Source: Octopus sinensis (Eukaryota). Taken from it: 64,000 nt of DNA. The stretch is from positions 64,046,001 through 64,110,000 of the forward strand of contig NC_043000.1 in NCBI RefSeq assembly GCF_006345805.1, written 5' to 3'. This document shows positions 49,540-62,599 of this stretch, one piece after another. The first letter of the stretch is position 1; each line of letters begins with the position of its first letter. A program made the position numbers and the translations under genes. The notes beneath the pieces were generated by a model. The model saw only the letters and a program-made list of their open reading frames with translations. It was not told the DNA's origin and did not search any database.

Positions 49540-49866
49540 GGGTAAAAACTCCCTTCGGTCACAAGTGACCATGGGATTAGACCTAGAAAGTTCTCTGAGG
49601 CACAAGTCCAGGTAAGGTTGTTTTGTGGAAGACCAGCAGTCACCCATACATAGCAATCTCCCCTCTCCACATCACCAATGTTGTCCAAAGAAAAGGTATA
49701 GACTGATACAGCTTGGCACCTGTGACGTTGCAACTCATTTCTACAGCAGAGTAACTGGAGCAATGTGAAATAAAGTGACTTGCTCAAGAACACAACCTAC
49801 AGCCCAGTCCAGGAATCAAACTCACTACCTCATGATTGTAAGCCTAACACTCTAACCTCTGAGCCA
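49540..49866 (-). mobile_element. tRNA-derived SINE (family C-related)
   Basis: Minus head tggctcagaggttagagtg..gagtttgattcc, then gtgttcttgagcaagtcactttatttcacattgctcc. Confidence 0.75.
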
Positions 49867-51159
49867 GATTCTTGCTATGTTGAAGCCAACATTGATTTTA
49901 CAGCTTTCTGGAACCCAAGTAATTAACATTAGGGATACAGTGCATAAGTGCTTGGAAAGCTATACTAACACTTAGCATTTCTCAAACTATGAGTTTTCCT
50001 AACTATCACCATCAATGCTAAAATGGCTATAAAAGAAATAATGGGTTGAAAATGGAAAATATTGAAAATAATAGAAAAATATTGAAATGAAAAGATTTTT
50101 ATCAAACTCTGACTGACATAAAAATAACTTCAAAGGGAATTATGAATTCAGGTATTATTATTTAGAATAGCCCAAATGTAGGTGAATGTTCTTGTTCAGT
50201 ATACAAGTCAAGATTTTTTTTTCTTTAGATCAAGGTTTTTTGATGTTCTTGTTTATAATTTAGACAGACACAAGTTTGTAGATCTAAATTGATAAACCCT
50301 TTGCTCAAGAAATGCTTAGTTTTTCCAGCCACTTTTGCAACATCTTTTACAGATCTTACCTGATCTCCTTTCTTGTCCAAATCAGTCAGTTCTTCCTCAT
50401 TCTGTTTGATCTTTCCATTATTGAACAAATGATCATTTACTATTACCCTGCTGTCATCTCTTGCATGCATTTTACTAATGTTATTCATATTCTTCTATAC
50501 TGATCTGATCCCTTCAACCTTCGAGATTACTTTATACCATGCCTCTCTCATTGTTGCTACTTTGAATACAATCAGTTTGTGAAATAAGCTGAGAGCAGAA
50601 AACAGCCAGGAATCTGATGTATCACCTGTTGCTTGTTAGAGAGAAAATAGAGATAGAATGATAATTGAAAGTAACTAGAATAAAAGCAGATCAATTCGTC
50701 TTGACTATTCTGTCTTTGAGTAAGGAAATTATATTAACTTCAGAGAATTGATCTGATCAACAGAGGAATGAGACACTTTCAAACAGGGAATACCACCTCA
50801 TTTAACATACCACCTCATTTAACATATGGGAGCAAATAATATGTATAGCAAAGTCTAGTTCATTTGAATACTCAGCTGCGTAAGTGCATTTGGTGTTGAT
50901 GAGATTCAAAAAGAAGTGATTGGTACCTGTTTAGTGAATTATTGGGTTAGAGGATTATCCCAGTGATGCACCTTATAATTCAGAGATGGTTAGCTCATCA
51001 GTTAATTTTTGGAAGAATTGGTCCAAGAAAGTTTGATATATTTTAGGTTCTTTGATGTAAAGATTTCAAAATTTTTGCTTGAAGAAATGCAAAATATTTT
51101 TACGAAAATGAAAACAGTAATTGGTAAAACTGAGCATCTGTACAGCGTGCTATGAAAGT

Positions 51160-51702
51160 ACATGGCTTAGTGGTTAATGTTTTTGGCTCATGATTGTAAA
51201 GTCATGAGTTTGATTCCCTGTGGTACATTATGTCCTTGAGCAAGTTACTTTATTTTATGTTGTTCCAGCCCACTCAGCTGGCAAAAATGTGTTGTACCTA
51301 TAATTCAAAGAGACAACCTTGTCACATTCTGTGTCACACAGAATCTACCTGATAGCTATGTTAACCCTTTCGTTACTGTATTTCTGTTGAGATGCTCTGT
51401 GTTTCTCTCAATTATTTTAGATATAACAAAGAATTTTGTAAAATTACTTAGTTATCATTAAGCTAGTGTTAGGAACAGTAATTGTGACTCAGGTTTGGTG
51501 GAAAGTTTTAATTAAAAACTTATGAAAATAAGACATTTATATTACAGAACCAGAGCTGGTTTCAGCCAGGTTAGTAATGAAAGGGTTAAGGGTGCATATG
51601 CCTGTGGAGCGCTCATATATTTGCATGATAATTTCATGAGAAGGCTGTTATATTGATTGAATTAACTGGAACATTTGTTGTCATGACCAATGGCGTGCTA
51701 GT
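51160..51702 (+). mobile_element. SINE (family C-related) interrupted by a piggyBac-type MITE
   Basis: tggcttagtggtt A box, gagtttgattcc B box, tgtccttgagcaag; body resumes after 51589. Confidence 0.7.
51365..51585. mobile_element. piggyBac-type MITE
   Basis: TTAA-ccctttcgttact ... agtaatgaaaggg-TTAA. Confidence 0.85.
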
Positions 51703-51902
51703 ACAGTGTGTTACTATAATTTGAAGTCAGTTGATTGGTTGCTTCTGTTACCAACTTCTGGATTACAGAGGCAGTAAATGCAAATAAACCCTTTAATTGT
51801 GAAATTAAATTTCATGGTTATTCCAGTATTGATGTAAAATATTTACCAAAAAATAGAATTGGTATTTTCTGTTAGTCATGTTACCTCAATAAACTTGAGA
51901 TA

Positions 51903-52247
51903 TTCTTTTACTCGTTTCAGTCATTTGACTATGGCCATGCTGGAGCACCACTTTAAATGGTTTTAGTTGGAGAAATTGATCCCAGGATTTAGTCTTTGTA
52001 AGCCTAGTACTTATTCTATTGGTTTCTTTTGCTGAACTGTTAAGTTACAGGGATCGGTTGTCAAGCAATGGTGGTAGGACACACACACACATATGATGGG
52101 CTTCTTTCAGTTTCTGTTTACCAAATCCATTCACATGGCTTTGGTCAGCCTGCGGCTATAGTAGAAGACATTTCCCCAGGGTGCCACACAGTGGGACTGA
52201 ACCTGGAACCATGTGGTTGAGAAACAAGCTTCTTACCACACAGCCAC
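51903..52247 (-). mobile_element. SINE family A copy
   Basis: Colinear with 20260-20672 with a small internal deletion. Confidence 0.88.
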
Positions 52248-53499
52248 AACAAAAAATACTTTCAAACAGGACATTCCTCAACAAAAGATAGGTTGGTGTA
52301 TAAAACTGCTTTTTGTAGTTAAACAATTAAATTTTGGGTGGATATATCTGGATTCTGTAGTAAAAGGGTTAAGTAGATCCTGATACTAATGTTCTCAGTA
52401 AAAGAGACATGAGAGTGCAATAATGTGAGAATGATAAAGTTTATGAAGTATATCTTGGTTTCTTGATAGATAAATACAGATACACCAACTTGACATGTAC
52501 CTTGCTTTCAATATGACAACTGACCTGGACAGATTGTCAGTGATATAAAAGAATCATCCTATCTGATGTTATTAGCAGAATTTTTGTAACTAGCAAGCTT
52601 CTAAGTAAGCCAGTAATTTTTATTTGTTTATTTTTTTGTAATGATCAAGTCTGAGGGAAAAGGGCAGGACCTCTGGTAGGAGAAAGTAAACTTCTGACTG
52701 AATGTCTAGCAAGAGTGTAGACACAACTGAAGATAGTCAAGGGTCCATATGATGGTATTAAAGTGTACAGTGGATTATGTCTGTTGCTTCAAAACAGTAA
52801 GGGTCCTTCTGACAAGCTTCCATACAAGTTCTTTCTACAAAATTTCCCTTGGGGCTTTGGTTGTCCCGAGGCTATGCCATGTAGTGGGGTCAAATCTGTA
52901 AAGTTAAACTACACACAACATATCTGCACCCATATTTGACACTCATGTATTGCTGTAATAAAGCTTATTACCATGAATTTCTTACTCAACCACAGATTAA
53001 TTGCAGATAACTTCATAGATGGATGCTGTCTTCAGCTTTCTATTTGGAGATATAGTGTTATAAGTAGATGGTTATATATATATTGGAAATTGTCATCATG
53101 GGACACTTAATATTTCAGAAATTAATAGTTAATGTTGAAAAGACAGCTTTCCTTACATCAGAAAAGATTGTATCTAATTTATTAAAAGATGTGTGAGTGT
53201 GTTTGTGCCCATATGTGTCAGAGAGAACAGAAGTGAGGTTTCTCAGTAGCATTTAAGGTCACAGTAAAATAATTGTTGAAACAGTAATTAATTTTTAGCT
53301 TGATATAAAATTTAAAATTCAGATAGAACATGAAAATTTCAGATTTACTGTCTAAAGCTTTAAATATGTTGAAAGGTGCGAATGCTAAAAAAAAAATCAA
53401 CACAGCACAGCTAACAATTCCATCTAATGAGATGTGATAGTTTTGATTCCATATCTGACTGAAATGTAGATTCTCTATATACATTCCCATGATAATACC

Positions 53500-55520
53500 A
53501 TGTTTCTGCTACTGTATATCTATTACGATGTCAGCAGCTACTACCATTTATCTACATAGCTTTCAGCTTCCCCTTACACCTTGCTCTCCTCTTTTAGATT
53601 CTCCGGAATCTTTACTCTTTCAATTTGTCTCTCGCTGCACACCTTAACAATAAGAAAGAGGAGACTTTCAGTTAAATAGTAGTTCGCCTCTAAATATTGG
53701 CAAAGAGACAACTATCTGGACTGAATAACAGTTTAATATTTAGCTTGTTTTGAACAACATCATGCAAGCCTCTTTTTATATCAAATGAATATTTTGATTT
53801 TCAACTTGAATTCAGTTAATTCTAGCTCGAAGAAAATTAACCTTCGGACATGGCTGATACTATTTCACACGATGTAATTTTGTTTCGCCATCACACGCCA
53901 TCACCTCTACACCAGTAAGTATAACTGAAATATTTTCTCCACATTTGAACAACTAAACTAACTTTAGGCCATTGTGCGACTTATTCTACAACTGAGCAGT
54001 CAATCAATTAAAGTCCAGAAAGTTCACAGTTAATCTCCATAGCTGTCCGTCCATATGATTGTTTTCTTTCCTTTGTTCTGTTTGTTTCTCCGACAACAAT
54101 CAAAAGCTACATCGACTGAGACTCCTGTCTTTACAACATAGATAATTGACAGGCAAGATGGGGTGGCGAGGTAAACTGATGGATAGTCTGTCAAATTATA
54201 GTTTTCTAATTAACTTGAAAATAGAACAGAGTATGACAACTAGCTCTCTCCCTTATTAATCTGCCTTCGTTGTTTTATTTAATCTAAGAAAGCCTGCTGT
54301 ACTCTGGTTATTAGGATTTGCCTTTCATAGTTAATATTCTTTAAAAAGGATTCTGTTCATAAACTTCTATGATTAATTCTGTAATTATATTAGCCCCTTT
54401 TCGTATAAATTTAAAGGCTTTATATCTTAAGAAATTATTCTTTTGCCTCGATCAATATTATCAATGTTCGTTTGTTGTTATCACTAGAAAAAATACGGCG
54501 GGAAATGCGGGATGCTGGTAATTATTTAGCGAAACAAATATGCGACTTAATTTATTTTTGCCAAATTACATTTGGAAAACGGCATGAATATCACCATTTC
54601 TACATTACCTTAGTAAATCTGGAGGAGGTTTCACTGTTATTATATGAACAGAAATAAGAACACAAAACAAAACAGGCTGCGACACAATGTTCTATTGTTT
54701 ATCAACGATGTTACTAGAGCAGGCAGTCGTCAACTTTTCGTCGAGATCCATTGTTCTTCGACATACTTCAACTAGATATTCTATAATTACTGAATCACAG
54801 TTCTTACTAACTCCCGGAATTCTTTGTACATTATAAACAAACAGGTTTCGATATACGCACCGGGCTTTGAGATGTGGAATTCATTTTTTTCTTTACATGT
54901 AAATCCGGTTAGAATTTTGATTTGTATAACATGTTGCTTGTAAAGCAATACTTTCCAGACACTTCGTTTTTACATGGTACGCTATGATATCAATAGTAAA
55001 TAAATATACTGCAACTTAACACATCGGTACTACTATGTTGGATTAATTTAAATTCAATTTGAAAGAAGGGAACTTTTTAATTGATTTTATAAACAATAGA
55101 ATAATGCATCGATTTTTCTGCTTCTCAGAAGTCTACTTTGTACAAGCTGGAAATTTCTATATTTTAGTTGCCATAAGTTGTTTAGATATTAAGAAGTGCT
55201 CAAGATTTTTTTTATTTTTAAACAATTGAAATTATACTGCTGATAAATAGTTACCATTACAAGTAAATATTATACATCAACAACTAGTATTGTCCGATAT
55301 TTTTCCTTTCTAGGTTACTAGATTCATGTAATATGCCGTCTGAGAGAATATTCATTTTTAGGAATATGTTTTTGCTTACATAATTTTCAAAATTTAGCTA
55401 TTTTACTACTTTCTTTTATTAGGTAGCGTTTACTGGGGTGTCTTAGGACAAGTGTTAAGGATCAAAATATCTTTAGGATGCAGATACGCGGTTTGGTAAG
55501 ATAACCAAAACAACCTTTAT
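53500..55520. promoter_or_regulatory. TE-free, CpG-retaining island; probable promoter / first-exon region
   Basis: Roughly 40 CpGs by eye in 2 kb of unique sequence against very few in the unique flank 52300-53500; no SINE or microsatellite inside. Confidence 0.6.
53850..53914 (+). CDS. Candidate first coding exon of an unidentified gene (MADTISHDVILFRHHTPSPLH, phase 2)
   Basis: gacATGG start context, open frame, consensus donor GTAAGT at 53915, inside the CpG-retaining island. No homology recognised. Confidence 0.45.
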
Positions 55521-56364
55521 TTTCAAAATGATAAACATTAAGCATATTGATATGAAATAAAATTAATCTTTCTTCACTATATTTACAAATAGTAATATCT
55601 AACTTGGGGAAGTCAAGTAGTTTCTAATTTTCTCTCCTGATATTAAGACTGAGAATAAAGTACTATATAGAGAAATACATAAATGTGATTAAAAAGTACA
55701 CAAAACTTGTGCTTATCAGTCATACATTAATAGAAAAACGACAGTTATGTAACATCTTCAGTGTTACTTTTTGCCAGTCTTTTTATATAGTTAAATAACT
55801 ATTTCATTTTTTGGAGATAGGCAGATCCTATAATATTTCCCCGTTATTTCTTTGATTTGTAAGGTTTGTATGGTTTATTCATTAAGAAAGGGCCGACAAC
55901 AGTTCATTTTATTAGCTGCCAAATCTGTCACTGATTAAAGGTGAAATATGTTGTGGACCTAAAGAGGAAAGCTTTGATGCAGATTTACCTATGCTGTAGG
56001 TGTGGGGGGTTGACATAATTGATCATCAGAAATTCTTAGTCCCATTATTTATAAGGGTTTTGAATGTTTTAAATGTCAAAGCTTTCCTGTGATTGTGTCA
56101 TGGTGTTTGGTGAAACTAAGCTGTCATGAACCCAATAAAAGGTGTCTGAGATTTGTATACGTAGAATCGGAGCAAATATAGTGTAAGGTAAATGATGGTA
56201 TCTTCTTGAAGAAGAGTTATGTGGGACATAAAACTTAACCTGTAACTAGATTTGATAAAATGTTTATAGGAGAGAGCCCTGTCAATATACATTGAGATAG
56301 TCTTTTTTTCTTTTTTTTTTTTTGAGGATACTTTATCCTAAAGATGAAAAATAGTAAAGGTTAT

Positions 56365-56529
56365 GTTTGCTGCCACTTTTAACATTTAGTCTACCTGGCA
56401 ATTTACACTTTAGTGTGTAGTCTACCCCCACCCTTAACTCTAATGCTAATCCTAACCCTAACCCAGATCAGGATTTTCACAGCATAGAATATGGATACCG
56501 TAGTAGACTGCATGCTAAAGTAGCACCCT
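56365..56529. repeat. MITE-like repeat containing telomere-like (CCCTAA) units
   Basis: ctttagtgtgtagtctac ... gtagactgcatgctaaagtagcaccct around ctaatcctaaccctaaccc; second partial copy at 61509-61576. Confidence 0.6.
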
Positions 56530-56799
56530 ATGCTCTTTATATGTTCAAATTAGCATTTTGACTTCACTTTCTTGGATATGGTAATACATTTTCCATTGTG
56601 GTCTTCCTTTTGTGTTTTTTAAATGACATGATGTTTTTTTAAGTTATATTTGGTCCTATTTCTAATAGATTCAATAACTATGTAGAAAACTTATGGTTTA
56701 CAAAAGAAAATTTAGGAATTTCACTGGGTAAATTGTTTTTAGATTGAAAAATACATTATAATTATTTGCACTTGTGCAATAAATTGTGACTACATTTTT

Positions 56800-57552
56800 T
56801 TTCTTATCAATGGGAGATTCCCACTTTTGGAATCCTGCTTGGATTTGCTCTAGATTTTGACAACGGTGTTAAAACTGACCTTTGAAATGCTTTTACATCT
56901 TGGAGGAGAGATGGAAGTTTGCTAAATCTGGTGAATAGGGCAGGTGCAGAAGTGATATCATGTTGTTTTTGGTGAGAAACTCATAAGTGAGGGGAGTTTG
57001 GTGATGGTGCATTGTTGACCTGAAGAATCCAATTCTTTGCACTCCACAAATCTGGTCATTTTTGCCAAATATCCTCCCTCAAACACTTTGAAATGTTGCA
57101 GTAGAACTCCTGACTGACAGTCTGGTCCTGGGGGATGAATTCTCGATGCACAATACTGCGGATGCTGAAAAAGACAATGAGTATGCTCTTGATTGAGCTG
57201 CAGCTCTGTCATGCACCCATGCCACTCAAAACATTGCATATGACCCATTGCCTCATTACTGTAATCTTGCTGAAGCATACTCAGTGTCCCTGTAGCAGAC
57301 TTCCCTAGTTTAATGCAAAATTTCATGTTGGGTCTTTGTTCCAACTTCCTGTCCATGACAAAATCACTGACTACAGCATACACATGATCACAAAAATACA
57401 AATTTCACAACTTGTGAAATAAACACAGTGATATCACTTAGCACACTGCCTCATGAAGGTCACTGCTAGCTCTCACTGTGCATCCAACCAGATGCTGTCA
57501 TCAATTGGTGTGCTACAGAACCAGCCTGGGAACTTTTGGATAATGCCTCATA
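56800..57552 (-). mobile_element. Mariner remnant, internally deleted
   Basis: MDRKLEQRPNMKFCIKLGKSATGTLSML..CFEWH N-terminus; TIR-like gggaacttttggataatgcctcata. Confidence 0.85.
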
Positions 57553-58554
57553 AGAAGTACTCTAATGACATAGCTCTCTGTATAAGCTGTTATATAATGA
57601 CACGGCTCTGTACGTATAAGAGGTGGTTAGTAGTATAAAGGGTTGGGGTACAGTTTATCCTAGGCAATGTTTTTTATGGAGACAGCACTTTTGGATCTGC
57701 TGTAGAAGCCTGTATGGGCTTGAGGGCCTAAGGGGTGAGCAGAAAACTCAAGGCCTGCACTAAGGGCACACACACTAGCTATGCCACTGTAGCTGTAATG
57801 GCTTAGCTGTCTATATGAGGTAGGGACCTATGAAGAAATAGCTTTGTATAATAATGATGAGGATGTGTGATATAATGACATAATAATGTATAAAAAGTGG
57901 TCCAAGGATGTAAGGCTATAATGATATAATGATTACAAGAGGCATGATAACCTAATAAAGTATAGAGTATTTAACATAACTAGATATTAAATTATTTTTT
58001 TTTATTTGTCTCTTCATGGACAATCTGGTAATTGTTGTTTGCTGTTTAGCTCCATATCAACCTTGCCAAAGCATATCTATGAGCAGTGAGATTCCAACTA
58101 TTCTACGAACATCCCATTGTTATTCCAAGCATAACTTATTTAAAATTACATTATTCAATGAGTGTGTTTATTTTTTTTTTAAGACAATAGTTGTGAGTTA
58201 TTTTAAGAAGATTTGGTTGTTATTTCTGGTAAGTCAAGCAGCCACATAGATGCTTGAAAAGCTCCATGATCTATTTAGCTAGTATTTATTCTTAGTTTTA
58301 AGGCAATAAATAGAGGAGACACAAACATCTCTATGGGCACAACACCATTTTGTTACATGTTACTTTTCTTGTCGGTGGTATTGAACTGTTGTTTAGAGCA
58401 GTGTTATGCCAGTTCATACTATAGTATGAACTAATCAGGTTGAAATAACAACCAAATGCCCCTCCAACCAAACCCTTCTGTCTTAAATAAGGAAATGATG
58501 AATGGTTAATTTAGTCCTAGACATGCACCTAACAAGAGGGTAGCCACTGCTGCA

Positions 58555-59200
58555 ATCATCATCATTTAACGTCTGCCTTCCATGCTAGCATGGGTGGGAT
58601 GGTTTCACAAGAACCAGTCAGGCCGAAGCCTGCACCAGGCTTCTGTGACTGTTTTGGCAGGAGTTTTACAGCTGGATGCCCTTCCGAACCCCAACCACTC
58701 AGCAGAGTGGACTTAGTGCTTTTTTTGTGGCACAAGCACAGGCAAGATCAGGTTTGGCTAGGTTTTTACAGTTGGATGCCCTTCCAAATACCAACCACTT
58801 TACAGTTTTGACTGGGTGCTTTTAAGTGGCACCTACACTGAGAGGGTCACCAAGTACTTGCAAGACAAAAAAAAACTTTCAAGAGGGGAGGGTCATTGGA
58901 AGAGGTGATCTTGTGTTGGATGAGGAAAAGGTTGTAGTGAGACAGATACAGGTATCTTGCTGCAGAAGAAGTACAAGGTTACCTGGCCGGGGAGAGAAAG
59001 ATCAGGAATGAAGACAGAGGGAAGTGCAGGAGAAGGAGAGAGAGTGGGAAATAGCAGGATAGAGATGGTGGCAAAATACTGGGCATACTCACAAGGAACA
59101 GGGATCAGAATATAAACAGGATAGTTGAGTAAAGGAAGAGAGAGATATAGATGGTGGCAAGTACCAGGGCATACCCTTGAGGTTCAAATGCCATAATATA
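58555..59200 (-). mobile_element. Non-autonomous RTE-tailed retroelement
   Basis: (CAT)n tail, colinear with 5288-5660; the GA-rich part resembles 23365-23560. Confidence 0.78.
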
Positions 59201-59819
59201 AGTGGCAACAAAGAAGCTCCTGGGCAGATAGTCAACATGCTAGAAATAGTAATTAAGAGGACACATTAAATGATATAGGCTTTGATATATAAAAAAAAAT
59301 GCCTTCGACCATGTTTGCCCAACAATGACAATTTAAAGTTAGATGGATTGGTTGTTTATTACCCTATCAAACTTAACTGGCCTGCTAGTACCATTGTCCA
59401 GGAGGTGGCACATTGCTAAATGTGAACAGTTTGTGGAGCCACCAGTGAGAGCTAACAACAGACCTTTTGTTGCAGCAGTTGGGAGTATCATTTGCATCTG
59501 TAACAGTATAATACTACTTCTGGAGTTTCCTCACTTGTGGATGGCTTAATATTGGTGGAGCAGTTTCAAAACTGCATTCACCTATGGAGTTAACTGATGC
59601 TCATTAAGAAATATTGTCCGTGTATAAGAGATGGTGTTTTGGTCTTCTTCAGAATAGGACAAACAAGACCATATCAATAATTCAACCGTATATGCACTAC
59701 TGTATTGAGTCAAACAAGTGGCATTTAACACTGCACCTTGCTCTTTTGTGATATAAGGTTAATGACTGACAGATATATAAATTGATCTGTTCTAATTATT
59801 TAATAAAATGTGTGCTATA

Positions 59820-60292
59820 ATCTGGTGCAAGAGATGGCCCTACTCAGTATGTAGAAAAGGTGTCGGGAGAAAGATATGGACACATAAGAGGTGTAGCAGT
59901 ATCACTGGAAGACTAACAGAGAAAGTAGTCTTTACATGTGGTGAAAGATGTGCAAGTGTATTAAACACCAGGAATGTACAAAAAAAAAAAAATAGATTCC
60001 TTCAAATGTTGTGGGGTATCCATAGAAGTTGTAGATAGTTTCCATTACTTAGGTGACCCAGTTAGTAGTGGTGGAGGTTGTTCCAAAAGCATAGCCACTT
60101 GAATAAGAATAGGCTGGGCAAAGTTCAGAGAGCTGCTACCTCTGTTAGTAAGGAAGGGCATCCAGCTGTAGAAACCATGCCAAATTAGACGTGGAACCCA
60201 GGCAGTTCTCCAGCTGGCCAGCCCCTTGTCAAACTGTCCAACCCATGCCAACATGGAAAATGGATATTAAATGATGATCATGATGATGATGA
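59820..60292 (+). mobile_element. RTE fragment with internal deletion joining the ORF to the 3' UTR
   Basis: RWPYSVCRKGVG..WAKFRELLPLL then aggaagggcatccagc UTR and (GAT)n tail. Confidence 0.85.
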
Positions 60293-60619
60293 AGGGTCGT
60301 TCAAGACTTTAGTGAAATTATTTTCCTTGAGCTTTTGAACCTTACTGTTAAATTAAAAATACCTAAGGTCCTAAGAGGAATCTTTAAACAAGTCAGTTGT
60401 AGTTGCTTCGCACTCAGTTAACTCTTATTGAGGAGCCCTATTATCAAAGTTGCTCCAGCTGTGACTATCACAGATATTTTTTATATTGTAGACTACAAAG
60501 TCCTATAAGTTTTTCTTTATTATCGTTTAAGATAGTAGGTTGTGATTTGATTGGTTGAAGTGAATCCTTCATTAATTGATTAATTATCTTATATATTTAG
60601 ATATGTATTTATGCATGTA

Positions 60620-60673
<54 letters not shown>

Positions 60674-60689
60674 GTATATATGAAGAGCG

Positions 60690-61350
60690 AGAGGGGCGGG
60701 GTTTGCAAAAGTAGGCTAACAGTTACTCCTTTACTCTTTTACTTGTTTCAGTCATTTGACTGTGGCCATGCTGGAGCACCGCCTTTAGTCGAGCAAATCG
60801 ACCCCGGGACTTATTCTTTGTAAGCCCAGTACTTATTCTATCGGTCTCTTTTGCTTTGCAAATGTAGGCTAACAATTGTGACAACTACCTTGAAATTTTG
60901 CACAAGGAGCTGGTGCCTGCAATCCAGGCTATGCCCAATTTTGGCGATGTGTTATTCCAACAGGATGGGGCACCACCATATTATGCAATTCATGCGCATA
61001 ATTTCCTCAGTGAAACATTCCCAAGGAGGTGGATTGGACGACATGGGGGTATTGAATGGCTGCCCCATTCCCCAGACCTAACACCAATGGATTTTTTTTC
61101 TGGGGTATTGTGAAAGAGAAGGTATTCCGGAGAAAGCCATGCACTCTGCCTCTACTACATAGGTTCATTACAGAGGCCTGCCTGGAAATGAACACTGACC
61201 TGGACCTGTGTCATGTGTTTTGCAGTGTGGCTGATAAACTCCAAAAATGTGTCAATGTTCAGGGTGGACATTTTGAGCATATATGGTACTAACGTACAAT
61301 GTTTTTTAAATTACAAAATGTATACAACTATGCCTGCTTTTTGCACCACC

Positions 61351-61353
<3 letters not shown>
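60690..61353 (+). mobile_element. DD41D (rosa-type) Tc1/mariner derivative, internally deleted
   Basis: FQQDGAPP..WIGR..WLPHSPDLTPMDFF with 41 residues between the last two catalytic Asp; right TIR cctgctttttgcaccaccctg-TA. Confidence 0.85.
60722..60854 (-). mobile_element. 5'-truncated SINE A with 20-bp TSD
   Basis: tttgcaaa(a/t)gtaggctaaca at 60702-60721 and 60855-60874. Confidence 0.9.
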
Positions 61354-61396
<43 letters not shown>

Positions 61397-61823
61397 TTAT
61401 GCATGTATGCATCCATCCACCCACCCACCCTCCCATTGGCAAAAATTGACCTTGACCTCTGTTGTGCATGTGCACTAAGTTTTAACATTCTTCCACTGTT
61501 TGCAGCAGTCTAACCCTAACTCTAACCCTAAACCTGATCAAATCATTTCATAGACTGCATGCTGAAGTAGCACCCTTTCCTCTTTGTCTACAGCTGGTAC
61601 ATGTTACCCTCAGACTGGCGACCTGACCCAAATGTTCAACTGAAGCTACCCAAGGATCAGGTAGTGGTGTTTAACTAAATAAACATCCTTCTAGGTGGTT
61701 CATAATTTTTGTTTAAAGATTGTTTTCATGTAATTAATAATTTTTAATTTGAGGAAATCTTTATCTACCTATCTTTCTGTCTTATGTTTGATGATACAAC
61801 AAGAAAATAGAATTCAAAACATT

Positions 61824-61864
<41 letters not shown>

Positions 61865-61872
61865 ATATATAT

Positions 61873-61909
<37 letters not shown>

Positions 61910-61969
61910 GCAGGAGTTGCAGAGTGACTCAAGGGCTGAGAGTTTCATCTATTAGCACTTATATATATA

Positions 61970-62024
<55 letters not shown>

Positions 62025-62254
62025 GAGATATGTTACAAAAAGAAAATATAAAATACACGTGGAAATGTAAGGGTAAAATACGAAAAATCAACGAAAATGC
62101 ACATTGCAAATAAAAAAAGGCTTTTTATGACAGGTAACGACAAACATATACATTTAGATGGACTGAGGTAGTAATAAAAGTCATAAAAGTCATTATTATG
62201 AGATGATTATAAGATGATAATAAAGTAATATATATATATATATATATATAATGT

Positions 62255-62557
62255 GGAGGCGCAATGGCCCAGTGGTTAGGGCAGCGGACTTGCGGTCGTA
62301 GGATCGCGGTTTCGATTCCCAGACCGGGCGTTGTGACTGTTTATTGAGCAAAAACCCCTAAAAGCTCCACGAGGCTCTGGCAGGGGGTGGTGATCCCTGC
62401 TGTACTCTTTCACCACAACTTTCTCTCACTCTTTCTTCTGTTGGCCTGCTCGCTTAGCCAGCGGGGTGGCGTCATTCAAAGGCTAAAACAATGCGAACGC
62501 ATTGTGACCAGTGATGTGTAACAACATCTGATGGTCTTGTCGGTCACGTGATCACGT
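62255..62557 (+). mobile_element. SINE family B inside (TA)n
   Basis: tggcccagtgg A box, ggtttcgattcc B box; near-identical to 9997-10291. Confidence 0.92.
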
Positions 62558-62599
62558 AATATATATATATATATATATATACATATACATTCAAAATGT

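Noticed and set aside
50225-50488. 87-aa minus-strand ORF as a host gene
   Set aside because: No recognisable domain or clear splice signals; at most a faint resemblance to decayed RTE sequence.
62255-62330. tRNA gene (also 9997-10070 and SINE A/C heads)
   Set aside because: A and B boxes are present but continue into SINE bodies; no full cloverleaf or poly-T terminator.
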